From Bispira polyomma (taxonomy: Eukaryota), in NCBI GenBank assembly GCA_965649765.1, contig OZ287750.1, positions 85,312,001-85,376,000 of the forward strand: DNA of 64,000 bases, in the 5' to 3' direction. Shown here piece after piece: positions 1-10,077 of the stretch. Below the pieces are notes generated by a model. The model was not told the DNA's origin, made no database searches, and was given only the letters and a program-made list of their open reading frames with translations. The first letter of the stretch is position 1; every line of letters begins with the position of its first letter. The position numbers and the translations under genes were made by a program.

Positions 1-669
1 GAGGTAACAGTATTACAGTATAACAGAAAAAATATCTGTAAAGGTTTTCATTTCAGTACAACTTCAGGATCAAAGTACCTTCAAGTTAATAACATATGAC
101 ATATGACACAAATTATGTAGGCAACTTGTAACATACTGTATGGGTGGAAAGTTTAGCTGGCAGATAATTTTACAGATTTACAATTTTTGAGAATTTCATG
201 GGAGTTATTTTTATACTAGTTACTGCCTAGTAACAAGTCTATAACATGAAGAAACGGACTATATCCTATCACAAGAATGTGAATTTTTTTAAGTAATTGA
301 GAGTTGATTTATGGGGCCCTTTATAATTACTGCTCATAATAGTCATAGACTGTGATTATTATAATTATTATCAAAATAAAAATATCAATATCATAAGCAT
401 TTCTCTAAGACTTTTAGCTATTTGCTTCCTCTCTGTAAAATTCTTTACTTTTACATTAGTGGATCCAGTCTCATTGTTACCCCATTCAGAAAACATCTCA
501 AAGATCATCTACTTCCATCAGCCTTCCACTTCCTGACCCCCTCCCTTATCTGCGGTCATACAACTCCCTGAATTACTGACCCTGTAATACCTGTATAAAT
601 ATGTATTAAATCTTGTTCACATATATTTATACCTTACATAATAAAAGACCCAAAAACAACAATAAAGTT

Positions 670-1490
670 GCAGCTTTGTAAAAGAGGGCCTGTACGACAA
701 TATATATGTAGTAAAGCTTTGTAAAACAGGGCCTGTATGACAATATATATGTAGTAAAGCTTTGTAAAACAGGGCCTGTATGACAATATATATATAGTAA
801 AGCTTTGTAAAACAGGGATCTGGACAACAATATATATTTAGTAAAGCTTTGTGAAACATGGGACCTGGACAACAATGTGTATTTAGTAAAGCTTTGTGAA
901 ACAGGGGTGTGGACAAAAATGTGTATTTAGTAAAGCTTTGTCACACAGAGGCCTTGACAACAATATGTATTTAGTAAAGCTTTGTAAAACAGGGGTCTGG
1001 ACAGCAATTTGTATTTAGTAAAGCTTTGTCAAACAGGGGTCTTGATAACAATATGTATTTAGTAAAACTTTGTGAAATGCGGGTCTGGACAACAATATGT
1101 ATTTTGTAAAGCTTGGCCAAACAGGGGTCTGGACAACAATGTGTATTTAGTAAAACTGTGTGAAACACGGGTTTGGATAACAATTTGTATTTAGAAAAGC
1201 TTTGTCAAACAGGGGTCAGGACAACAATGTGTATTTGTTAAAGCTTTGTCAAACTGGGGCCCTGAAAACAATATGTACTTAATAAAGCTTTGTGAAATGC
1301 ACGTCAGGACAACAATATGTATTTAGTAAAGCTTTGTCAAACAGGGGTCTGGACAACAATGTGCATTTAGTAAAGCTTTGTAAAACAGCGGTTTGGACAA
1401 CAATAAGTATTTACTATAGCTTTCTGAAACATGGGCCTTGACAACAATAAGTATTTAGTTAAGCTTTGTCAAACAGGGGTCTTAATAATA
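670..1490. repeat. 44-bp minisatellite array (~18 units)
   Basis: Unit ~TTTAGTAAAGCTTTGTCAAACAGGGGTCTGGACAACAATATGTA; period 44 (e.g. 1321 to 1365). Confidence 0.95.
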
Positions 1491-2479
1491 ATGGTTCTGG
1501 ATAGGACATGTAGGAATTGTATGTTCTCTTAATTATCTGTCGTGTTTTTGTGCTAAACTAGATGCCTACATTATGACTGACTATTCTCTACATGACGGGC
1601 CATAAAGGTAAAACAGTACCGCAGATGTGGCTTCCCATACCATTAATGCATCTGTTATTTGTTTAAATACTCATGGCTCATAATATTAAACCCAGGCAAT
1701 GTCATTTACTAAAGCCGTTTTGAGTAGAATTTCTCCTAAATCCTGAAAAAAAGAATTCAAAGTGGCTGTCTATGAATAGACCTGCAGTATTTTCACAGTT
1801 TAAAGTTTCAAATTTTATTATTCCACCCCTGGTTATGCTCATTATAATATGTCACTGAGATAGTGATAATTTCACAAGCTTTGCAAATATTTAAAATTTT
1901 TGGCAAGATAAAATGATTTAACGTCTTGATAACTTGTTAAACAAATATATTTGTGCCAAATATGAACTTTCAGTGGTAGAAGCAGTTTCCAAGCTAGATT
2001 TGCAGTATCGGGAGCTAACGACAAAGAAAATGCTGATCAAATGACTTCAGTACAGGATAAGAGGTCAGTAACCTTTAAAAAGAAGTACTTCACTACAGCC
2101 CTGTAATGTAGTTGTGGGTTAGTTAATGACATCTGACGTGTTCAGGGAAAAACTTGTTTGTTTTTTCTTCATTTTTTTTGCCATTTCAAGAAAAACGTCT
2201 TACATTTACTCTACACTCTCAAGACACAAATTATGTAAGCTTCTTGTAACATACCGTATGGGTGGAAAGTTTAGCATGCAGACAATTTTACAGATTTACA
2301 ATTTTTGAGAATATCATGGGAGTTATTGTTATACTAGTAACTGCCTAGTAACAAGTCTATAACATGAAGAAACGGACTATATCCTATCACAAAAATGTTA
2401 CTTTTAAATCAGTTGAGAGTACATTTATTATTGTTCATAATAGTCATACACCGTGATTATAATCATTTTTATCAATCTA

Positions 2480-3980
2480 TACATATCAATATCATAATTA
2501 GTTCACAAAGATTTTCAGCTACTATGCCTCCCTCTGTTTGTAATTATTTTACATACTAGATACAGTCTCTCTGTGACCCCATTTAAAAAGCACCTCAAAG
2601 ATCATCTACTTCCATCAGGTACCTCTTCTGAACTCCCTCCATCGTCTGTTGTCAGAAATCTCCCTCTATTACTGACCCTCTTATAAGTATATAAATATAT
2701 ATTATCATCTTGCTCACAGCTATTTATACCTTACATAAGAAAAGACCCAGGAACAACAATAAAGTAGCAGTTGTGTTAAGTTCCATTTGATAATGAACTT
2801 TGTGTGTCTGTCCTACTTATTAGCACCAGGGCCTACAGCTTTTTCCATAAATTGTGTGATTAAGACTCTGCTCTCCTTTACCTTATAAACAGATCCAAAG
2901 TAACTCACAACCTTAAAGGTCTTAAACTAAAATTGGCAAGAATTCTCAAAATTGACACTGCTGTATCTTTCTGTATAAAATAAAAAAATATATATAGTGC
3001 AAGACATTTCTGTAATATAAAAAGATTATTTTAGTAATTTTTGGTCGAGTTGGTATGAAACACCTTTTTAGCCGAGTATAATGTTGATAAACTTGAACTG
3101 AAAATATAACTAGAATTAAATTTTACCATGAAACTCATTACCTAAACTACCTAAAGTTAATTCCCAGTGAAAACTTCTACCTATACAGTATCTTATATAA
3201 GCTAGATAGCCTTAGTGGTATAAATGCTTGCAAAGATGACAGTAGGTAATTCAAACAGATGGCACACTTATGACTCTGACCTTCACTACTAGTAAAGCAT
3301 ATATAAAAAATACCTGGCTTGGTTTTCATCAAAGGTTAGAAACTTGGAAATCTTGTTATAACTCAAATACCACATACATATATAAATATAGATAGATTTC
3401 TTTATTCATTTCATTAGAGCTTTCAGTGAGAAACTCAAATATGTAGTTAGATTTTAGATATATTTATTTTTTACAGGAGGGTCTATATCTTGAAATTCTT
3501 GTCAATTTTAGTTTTTAAGACCTTTAATAAAATATGGTCTCTAGGTTCCTGTGGACCTGTTTATAGGGGTAAATCTTAAACAGACATTTTATAGAAATGT
3601 ATGTCGGCCCTAGTGCTAATAAGTCCGACAGAAACACAATGTTCATTTAGGAGTTGATAGCATTATCAAATGGAACTTAACACTACTACAACTTTATCGA
3701 TGTTCTTGGGTATTTTCTTATGTAAGGTCTAAATATCTGTGAGTAAGGTGTTAGTATACATTTATATACTTAAAAGAGGGTCAGTAAACCAAGGAGATAT
3801 CTGACCGCAGACGAAGGAGGGAGTTCAGAAGAGGTACCTGATGGAACTAGATGATCTTTGTGGAGTTTTCTAAATGGGGTCACAGGGAGACTGTATAGAG
3901 TATGTAAAGGTAAAGAATTCGAAAGGGAGCATAGTAGTTAAAAGTATTTGTAAAGTACTTATGATATTGGTACATAGATA
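2480..3980. repeat. Long inverted repeat/foldback (arms ~2480-2965 and ~3472-3980)
   Basis: For example TTCCATCAGGTACCTCTTCTGAACTCCCTCC at ~2610 versus GGAGGGAGTTCAGAAGAGGTACCTGATGGAA at ~3816. A partial direct copy of the left arm lies at ~380-670. Confidence 0.88.
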
Positions 3981-4344
3981 CCATAAATATAAAATGTTTG
4001 ACATATATGTATGACACAAACTTGTTGGAATACTTTATTTTTATAACACGGTTTATTATAGCATTTCAATAAGCAGTGCCAGAGCCTCATACCTATGATA
4101 CTTCAAAATAAAATTATAATAATGATTTCTTCACAAGAATCAATGTAATCATACTAAGCATGAAAACATAGCTGTTTTTACATAAGATGGCTATAATACT
4201 GTAATACCTATCAACCCTGTTTCCTTGTGTATTCATGTCAAGCCTACTTGCCAATGAGACAGGATGGAAAAGATCATTTTATTCAATTTCCTACATTTAT
4301 ATGCAATACCTGTCACTTACACATGGAACACAAAATATACCATA

Positions 4345-4715
4345 TACAATATGTATTTAGTAAAGTTTGATAAAATTGGGCCTAGAAAACTAGATGTATT
4401 TAGTAAAGCTTTGTCAAAGAGGGGTCTGGACAACAATTTGTGTTTATTAAAGCTTTGTCAAAGAGGGGCCCTGACAACAGTATGTATTTAGTAAAACTTT
4501 GTGAAATGCAGATCTGGACAACAATATGTATTTAGTAAAACTTTGTCAACCAGGAGTCTGGACAACAATGTGTATTTAGTAAAGCTTTGTGAAACACGGG
4601 TCTGGACAACAATATGTATTTAGTAAAGCTTTGTCAAACAGGGGTCTAGACAAAAATATGTATTTAGTAATACTTTGTCAAACAAGGCATTGACAACACA
4701 TGCAGGACAACAATG
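4345..4715. repeat. Second array of the same 44-bp minisatellite
   Basis: Same unit; followed by the same downstream module (4730-4925 resembles 1500-1700). Confidence 0.93.
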
Positions 4716-4928
4716 TGTCCAAAGATGTCATGTAGCACTTGTCCTTTCTATAAAATACCCCTGGTGTTTTTGCTATAATAATTGGCCTACATGAAGAATG
4801 ACATGTTGTCTACCTGACAGGCTATAAAGGTAAAACAGCACAGCAGATGTGGCTCCCCATACCCATCAATGCATCTGTTGTTCGTTCAAATGTTCAATTA
4901 TTCATGGTTTATAACACTAAACCCTGGT

Positions 4929-5082
4929 CAGTCCAATGGTGGTGTGATAAGTTATAAGTTAATAGGTAAGTTTATTATAAGACAGTAAAAGATTCCATTT
5001 GAGGTTTTTATTTACATGTTAGCTTATGTACAGGTTGACAATCAAAGTCATTTAAAATTTCAGGATGAAATTTTAAGCCCCA
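4929..5082 (-). repeat. Split direct repeat B2 (3' terminus)
   Basis: Copy of 6183-6336. Confidence 0.95.
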
Positions 5083-5958
5083 TCACGGCTACCATAAAAT
5101 CAGCCGGGTCAAAATAGAAACCCATAACAAAGCTAAAGAATAAGCTAAGAAACAATCACAAATATAAAGAATAGTGTAAACCCCTCAGTCACACCAGACT
5201 TTGGATTAGAACCAATAAAATAACCTCAAAAGAGGAAAATACATTTAAATACATTGATTACTACAAACACATCTATCATTAATATCACCTTTAACTAGTT
5301 CGTTGTGTGAATAATGTATTCTAATACACAACAAGATTACTTTTGGTGACTAAAATACTAAGAACAAATTTCAGGGGATAAACTTCCCTGTTTACTGTAA
5401 ATTCTGACATGTATTTGTGATACGTGGATACTAATTGACGCTACGTGATCATGTACAAAAGGTGCCCCTCTGGGGACCACATGTGTAACCAAGTTATCGT
5501 CATTGTGTATATATTGGTACATTGTGTCACTTATTCAACAAGTGGTATTCACTAGCTCAGTAAGCGTCCCCTTGGATCCTTACTTGAGTCATATGAAACT
5601 AACCACTTTAATGTCGCGTATGCTATAACTTCATATGAGTAAATGTTCAAATATGCTTATAAATTGAAAATAAGTCCATGAAAGAGAGAACGTGCAACGT
5701 AGTAACAGCAGGACCCCGGGCCTTGGACACCAACCGCCTAGCAGGGTGAAGTCCAACCTCTCAGAGCCCCTTATTACACTCTGGAACCCCAGTGGTGAAC
5801 TCAGAGGATGGAGTAAGAAGGAAGGACCCCAGACCCACACAGCTCGGAGCCCGGCCGCCACATTGCTGTCAATCCTGCCTGGATAACCTTATGCATCAGA
5901 AAAGACCTTAAAATTTCTATAAACCCTTAATAACGCTGTGGTAAGGGGAGGTGGTGGG

Positions 5959-6182
5959 TTTCAGTTTTTCCTAAGTGTCCTGTTCACAGGTGAAAACACA
6001 AATTCAATATGGAGGATAGCTATCCTAGCTTAGGGGTCACTAATAGCTAATGCTGCAATTGGACAAGACCCAGATGGACAGAAAGTTGGATAATGCCATT
6101 GCATTCGCTAGGGATTAAAGTGGTGTGATAAAAGAGGAGGTTGCACTGATCTAGCAGTCCCCTGGGGTGGACTTGCTATGCA
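5959..6182 (-). repeat. Split direct repeat A2 (internal)
   Basis: Copy of 11385-11608; directly abuts B1 at 6182/6183. Confidence 0.95.
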
Positions 6183-6336
6183 CAGTTCAATGGTGGTGTG
6201 ATAAGTTATAAGTTAATAGGTAAGTTTATTATAAGACAGTAAAAGATTCCATTTGAGGTTTTTATTTACATGTTAGGTTATGTACAGTTTGACAATCAAA
6301 GTCAGTTAAAATTTCAGGATGGAATTTTAAGCCCCA
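6183..6336 (-). repeat. Split direct repeat B1 (internal, immediately after the YR stop)
   Basis: 154 bp; matches 4929-5082 with 5 substitutions by my count; contains two AATAAA on the minus strand. Confidence 0.95.
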
Positions 6337-6343
6337 AGCCCAA

Positions 6344-7310
6344 CTAAGAAGGGGGGATAGCCGCAGCAAAGGTGAGAGGCACCACTGAAGCAGCTTGGGA
6401 GGTCTTCTGTAGGTAAGTCCATACAGCTGAAGACCTCCACAGGCCATGGGACATAATATTCTGCAGTGATACGTTTTTATTGAAAGCAAGTGTGGCCCCT
6501 GACCTCCTAAATGTGTGGAACCCGTGTGAATGGTATGGAATGCCTATGTGTTCTAAAACTCTCTGTAATCCGACTCTTACATGTGTCTCTATGACTGGGT
6601 AAAATGGTGGTGAGTTAACTGCAAAAAGTGGTGCAGATGGAGAGAGAGGCCTAGACAAGATAAGCTGCTGTATAGCCCTTACTGGACATAAAATTTGATT
6701 TTGAAGTACAGGAATTTGTATAATGTGGGAGCCTGATCTGTTTTGAAGGTTCTTAGCCCATTTCAAGATGACATGGGCCCCAGGTGGGGCAAAAATAATA
6801 TCCTGTCTAAGGAAGTGCCTAGATGGGTCAAACGATGCCCTAGAATGAGAAGCCAGATTGGAAAGTCTCAAGAAGCCGAAAAAGGCTAGAAGGAAAATGG
6901 CCCTAAAAAGTACTGGATCTTGCAATATCTGACAAGCTTAGGATATCTGTATTAACTGATGTATGTCAAACAATCCCTTAGGTCTAGGCCTGAAAGTAGA
7001 GTTGATGGTGATGCTTCTAGTAAATAAAGAAACAGAGTTGTGTGTAAAAGGAGCCATACTCCACTGTAATTTGTTAGCCATAAATTTAAGTGATGAGAGG
7101 TAATTGGCAATGACCGCCGGTGAAAGGCTGTTCTGTATTCTAAAAAAGCCAGGACTGATGAAAAATTAATATGTTTAATGCCTGCAACATGTAAGAAAGC
7201 TAAAAATGTCTTGAATTGGTTGCTGTAAGCTGTAGTGGTCTTTGGTCGCAGTACCAAGTCTATTCTGTTGCAGGCTGATTGAACAAGTGTGTGAGTGGAA
7301 CTGGCAGAAC
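6344..7310 (-). pseudogene. Tyrosine recombinase (N-terminal core-binding plus catalytic domain), one frameshift and one stop
   Basis: N-terminal part LRPKTTTAYS..F..F..F (6952-7257). Catalytic ORF 6344-6925 has FFGFLRLSN, K, CPV, HGFHTFRRSGAT, HGLWRSSAVWTY (R-K-HxxR-H/W-Y). Confidence 0.92.
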
Positions 7311-7316
7311 CTGAAA

Positions 7317-8066
7317 TTACACAGATAAGGCCAGGTCAAAATATTTTATAGGGACCTCATTCCATTTATAACAATTTTTTAACTTGACAGTTAGCTCTGC
7401 GGTAGGAGGTTTATCTGAAAATAGTCTAGAAAGAGCATCTGCAATCACATTGTTTTTCCCTGGTATGTGTTGTATGTCAATTGTGATGTCACATGTGGCT
7501 GCTAGCAGCCAGATGTTCCTCAAACATGAGGCCAGAAAGTCATCCTTAGTTTTTTGTGAATTCACAACCAGTACTACGGCCATGTTGTCACAGTGAAACA
7601 AAATCCGTTGATGCGCCCACTTTAACGCCCATACACATAACGCGAAAATGATATTCAGCATCTCTAAGTGAACTATTGTCAACTCTCTGCCAAAAACATT
7701 GAAATATGGTGTAGCATAAATCTCATCTTTCCAAACACCTCCTAAACCGATTAGGCAAGCGTCTAAATGTAACTCACTCATGTTTTGAATAATGGGATGG
7801 TCAATGTAAGTTACTCCGTTAAATGTCTGTAAGAACCGCTTGAACCACGCTAAGTCGTTCTGCATGTCTTGGGAAATAGCAAATTTCTTCTTATCCTCGT
7901 TGTTTCTAAACACGTGAAGCAATCTATTAATAAAAGTGTGCGCCGGCTTGACGCATTTGTACACATACAGAAGTTTCCCTAAGAGGGACTGAAAACGACT
8001 GCGCATTATGAAGCGCCTGTTAAACACGTCCCACACACATTCAAGAATCTCTTTTATTTTTTTCAT
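7317..8066 (-). CDS. RT thumb/RNase H portion of pol
   Basis: Motifs FQSLLGKL, DLAWF, LDAC..GLGG, IVHLEMLN, HCDNMAV, HIPGKNNVIADALSR (DIRS-type RNase H). Confidence 0.92.
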   Translation of the reverse strand: MKKIKEILECVWDVFNRRFIMRSRFQSLLGKLLYVYKCVKPAHTFINRLLHVFRNNEDKKKFAISQDMQNDLAWFKRFLQTFNGVTYIDHPIIQNMSELHLDACLIGLGGVWKDEIYATPYFNVFGRELTIVHLEMLNIIFALCVWALKWAHQRILFHCDNMAVVLVVNSQKTKDDFLASCLRNIWLLAATCDITIDIQHIPGKNNVIADALSRLFSDKPPTAELTVKLKNCYKWNEVPIKYFDLALSV

Positions 8067-8128
8067 GCTGAATGCTAATAATACCAGAGGCAGTGTCCAT
8101 GTTAATGCCCAAACAGGTAAGGCTAGTA

Positions 8129-9949
8129 CTATGTGCGTTTGTTGGCATTTATGGGGAGACCTAAATAGTCTAGCAGTTTGGTCAAAATCTGAAAACCCCT
8201 ATGAGCTTCTGCTCTATCAGAGACGCAAATGTAATCGTCGATGTAGCAGAACATATTGAAACCATTTTTGCACATATATGACGCTATTGCGTCAGACCAG
8301 AGTTGGAAAGCAGCGCTGCCATGAACCCAACCAAATGCCACCGCAGGATCTATGTAACTACCCTTTTCAAACTGGATTCCTAATTTTACAGCGTCAACAG
8401 GATCTACATACAAATTACGGAAAGCGCGAGCTACGTCAATTTTAAACAATACCGGATCATCTGTGACTTTAATCGCGCTAGTAATATCATCGATTGTAGG
8501 AAATTTCAGAATAAATTTTTTTTCATCAAATAAATTCTTATTAACATTCTCATTAAGCGAATTGCCTTGTGGGTATGAGAGGTTAAGAATTACCCTACGA
8601 CTGGTAATGTCCTTGGGACGTGTGAGAAGTGGGGAACAATGATAATGTGAGGAGCTAACCTCCTTCACTGGGCCCAACATGGCACCCTTATTACTTTCTT
8701 TGACTAGATATTCTCTTACACTACTTGTGTGTTGGAGGGCAGAATAATGATGATTAACAAAGGCACTGTTAGGCATTTTTGGATTGGTGAGAGAAAGAGG
8801 AAAACCGAATCTTATGTACTGACACAGCAACTGGTCAGGATAATCTCGAAAAACTTCATCCCATGCATCTGGCACCAGAGGAACCTTTGCTTGTCTATAA
8901 TTGGGAAGTGCAGTGTCTCTGATAACAGAAGCCACCTGCAGCATGTCTTCTACTGTTTCAATTTTCCTAGAAGGTCTGTCAGGACCTAAGAATGTGAATG
9001 CTGTTGAGGAAAGTGCTAAGAAACCCATGGTTTTCTTTGGGTCATTAAAGTCCTTAATTACTTTGTACAAATCCTTATTTGCTTGAACACTATCAACCAT
9101 TTGGGTGAATTTGTTGCTCGACAAGTTCATGAATATTTTATCACAAATTAGACTGTTTACAGCCTCACTTGGTTTTTGTGTACTTACATTTGACAAGTCT
9201 GCACAATTATCTGACTCATGGTAATTGTCAGTTGTTTTATCTTTACTATCGCTAATAAATGCATCTACTAACCTGGTCATGTATTCGGTATAATCAAAAC
9301 CCAACTGCTTGAAACAGGCATTATCTCTTTCAAAATAATAAAATGTATCAGCAGCTTGCTTGGCCACAGCCTGGTGATGAGTTTCCACATTAGTATTACT
9401 GGTAGTATTTAATGAAACAGCCTGAACCTGGATTATGGTTTGAAACGTTTGAATAATACAAAGGTTTTGGCTAGGTGGAAATTCAACACGAGCATACACA
9501 CACCTGGCAGCAGTCACGTCATAAAACATGTGGAAATAACCTGAGAATTTCCCATCCCTATCCCTAATGTAAACAATTGGGGCCAAGTTTTGAATTGTCA
9601 CACAAAAAGTTTTCCAATTGGTAACTGATACTTTGTTCCAAACTGGTGAATTGGCATAGTGACTGCTCCCATTTGAAATGCAGCCCTCAGTGCTATTATC
9701 CCATCTATGGTGATCCAAATGGGTCCTGCTCTGAAATTGAATACATTCATTTACATTCTTGGTTTCATACTGGTAGTTGTCGCCAGCATCCACTGAAACT
9801 GCAATATTATTAAAGACATCATTATCAACAATGTTCACATTTATATCAGTGTCCAATACATTATTGACAAAACTTTTGCTATCTGACATAACCATATGCT
9901 GACAATCATTACTATTGGAACTTTTCACATTTGTGTTAATTTCAGACAT
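8129..9949 (-). CDS. Reverse transcriptase of the YR retrotransposon (long N-terminal extension; frameshifted from RNase H)
   Basis: Motifs GFPL, SPLLTRPK...RVILNLS, FKIDVARAFRNL, AFGW..GSAAFQ, YIDD. Confidence 0.92.
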   Translation of the reverse strand: MSEINTNVKSSNSNDCQHMVMSDSKSFVNNVLDTDINVNIVDNDVFNNIAVSVDAGDNYQYETKNVNECIQFQSRTHLDHHRWDNSTEGCISNGSSHYANSPVWNKVSVTNWKTFCVTIQNLAPIVYIRDRDGKFSGYFHMFYDVTAARCVYARVEFPPSQNLCIIQTFQTIIQVQAVSLNTTSNTNVETHHQAVAKQAADTFYYFERDNACFKQLGFDYTEYMTRLVDAFISDSKDKTTDNYHESDNCADLSNVSTQKPSEAVNSLICDKIFMNLSSNKFTQMVDSVQANKDLYKVIKDFNDPKKTMGFLALSSTAFTFLGPDRPSRKIETVEDMLQVASVIRDTALPNYRQAKVPLVPDAWDEVFRDYPDQLLCQYIRFGFPLSLTNPKMPNSAFVNHHYSALQHTSSVREYLVKESNKGAMLGPVKEVSSSHYHCSPLLTRPKDITSRRVILNLSYPQGNSLNENVNKNLFDEKKFILKFPTIDDITSAIKVTDDPVLFKIDVARAFRNLYVDPVDAVKLGIQFEKGSYIDPAVAFGWVHGSAAFQLWSDAIASYMCKNGFNMFCYIDDYICVSDRAEAHRGFQILTKLLDYLGLPINANKRT

Positions 9950-10077
9950 GCTTCTGTCCCAACAACCTAATTCACTGTTTTTATATTAAACTCTTTTACA
10001 ATTATACTGTTACCGTCCATTACTAAGTTACCCTTATCACTACCTAATGTTCGTCCAACTGGTTGTGAATCGTGGCC

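Noticed and set aside
617-1183. ORFs with repeating FHKALL/CCPDP motifs
   Set aside because: Artefacts of the 44-bp minisatellite.
4937-4949. TGGTGGTGTGATA shared between repeat B of the YR element and a variant of the 29-bp satellite
   Set aside because: Only 13 low-complexity bases with no extension; plausibly chance.
5631-5886. ORFs in the element's 3' spacer
   Set aside because: Short, non-ATG starts on both strands of a GC-rich structured patch, with no domain similarity evident.
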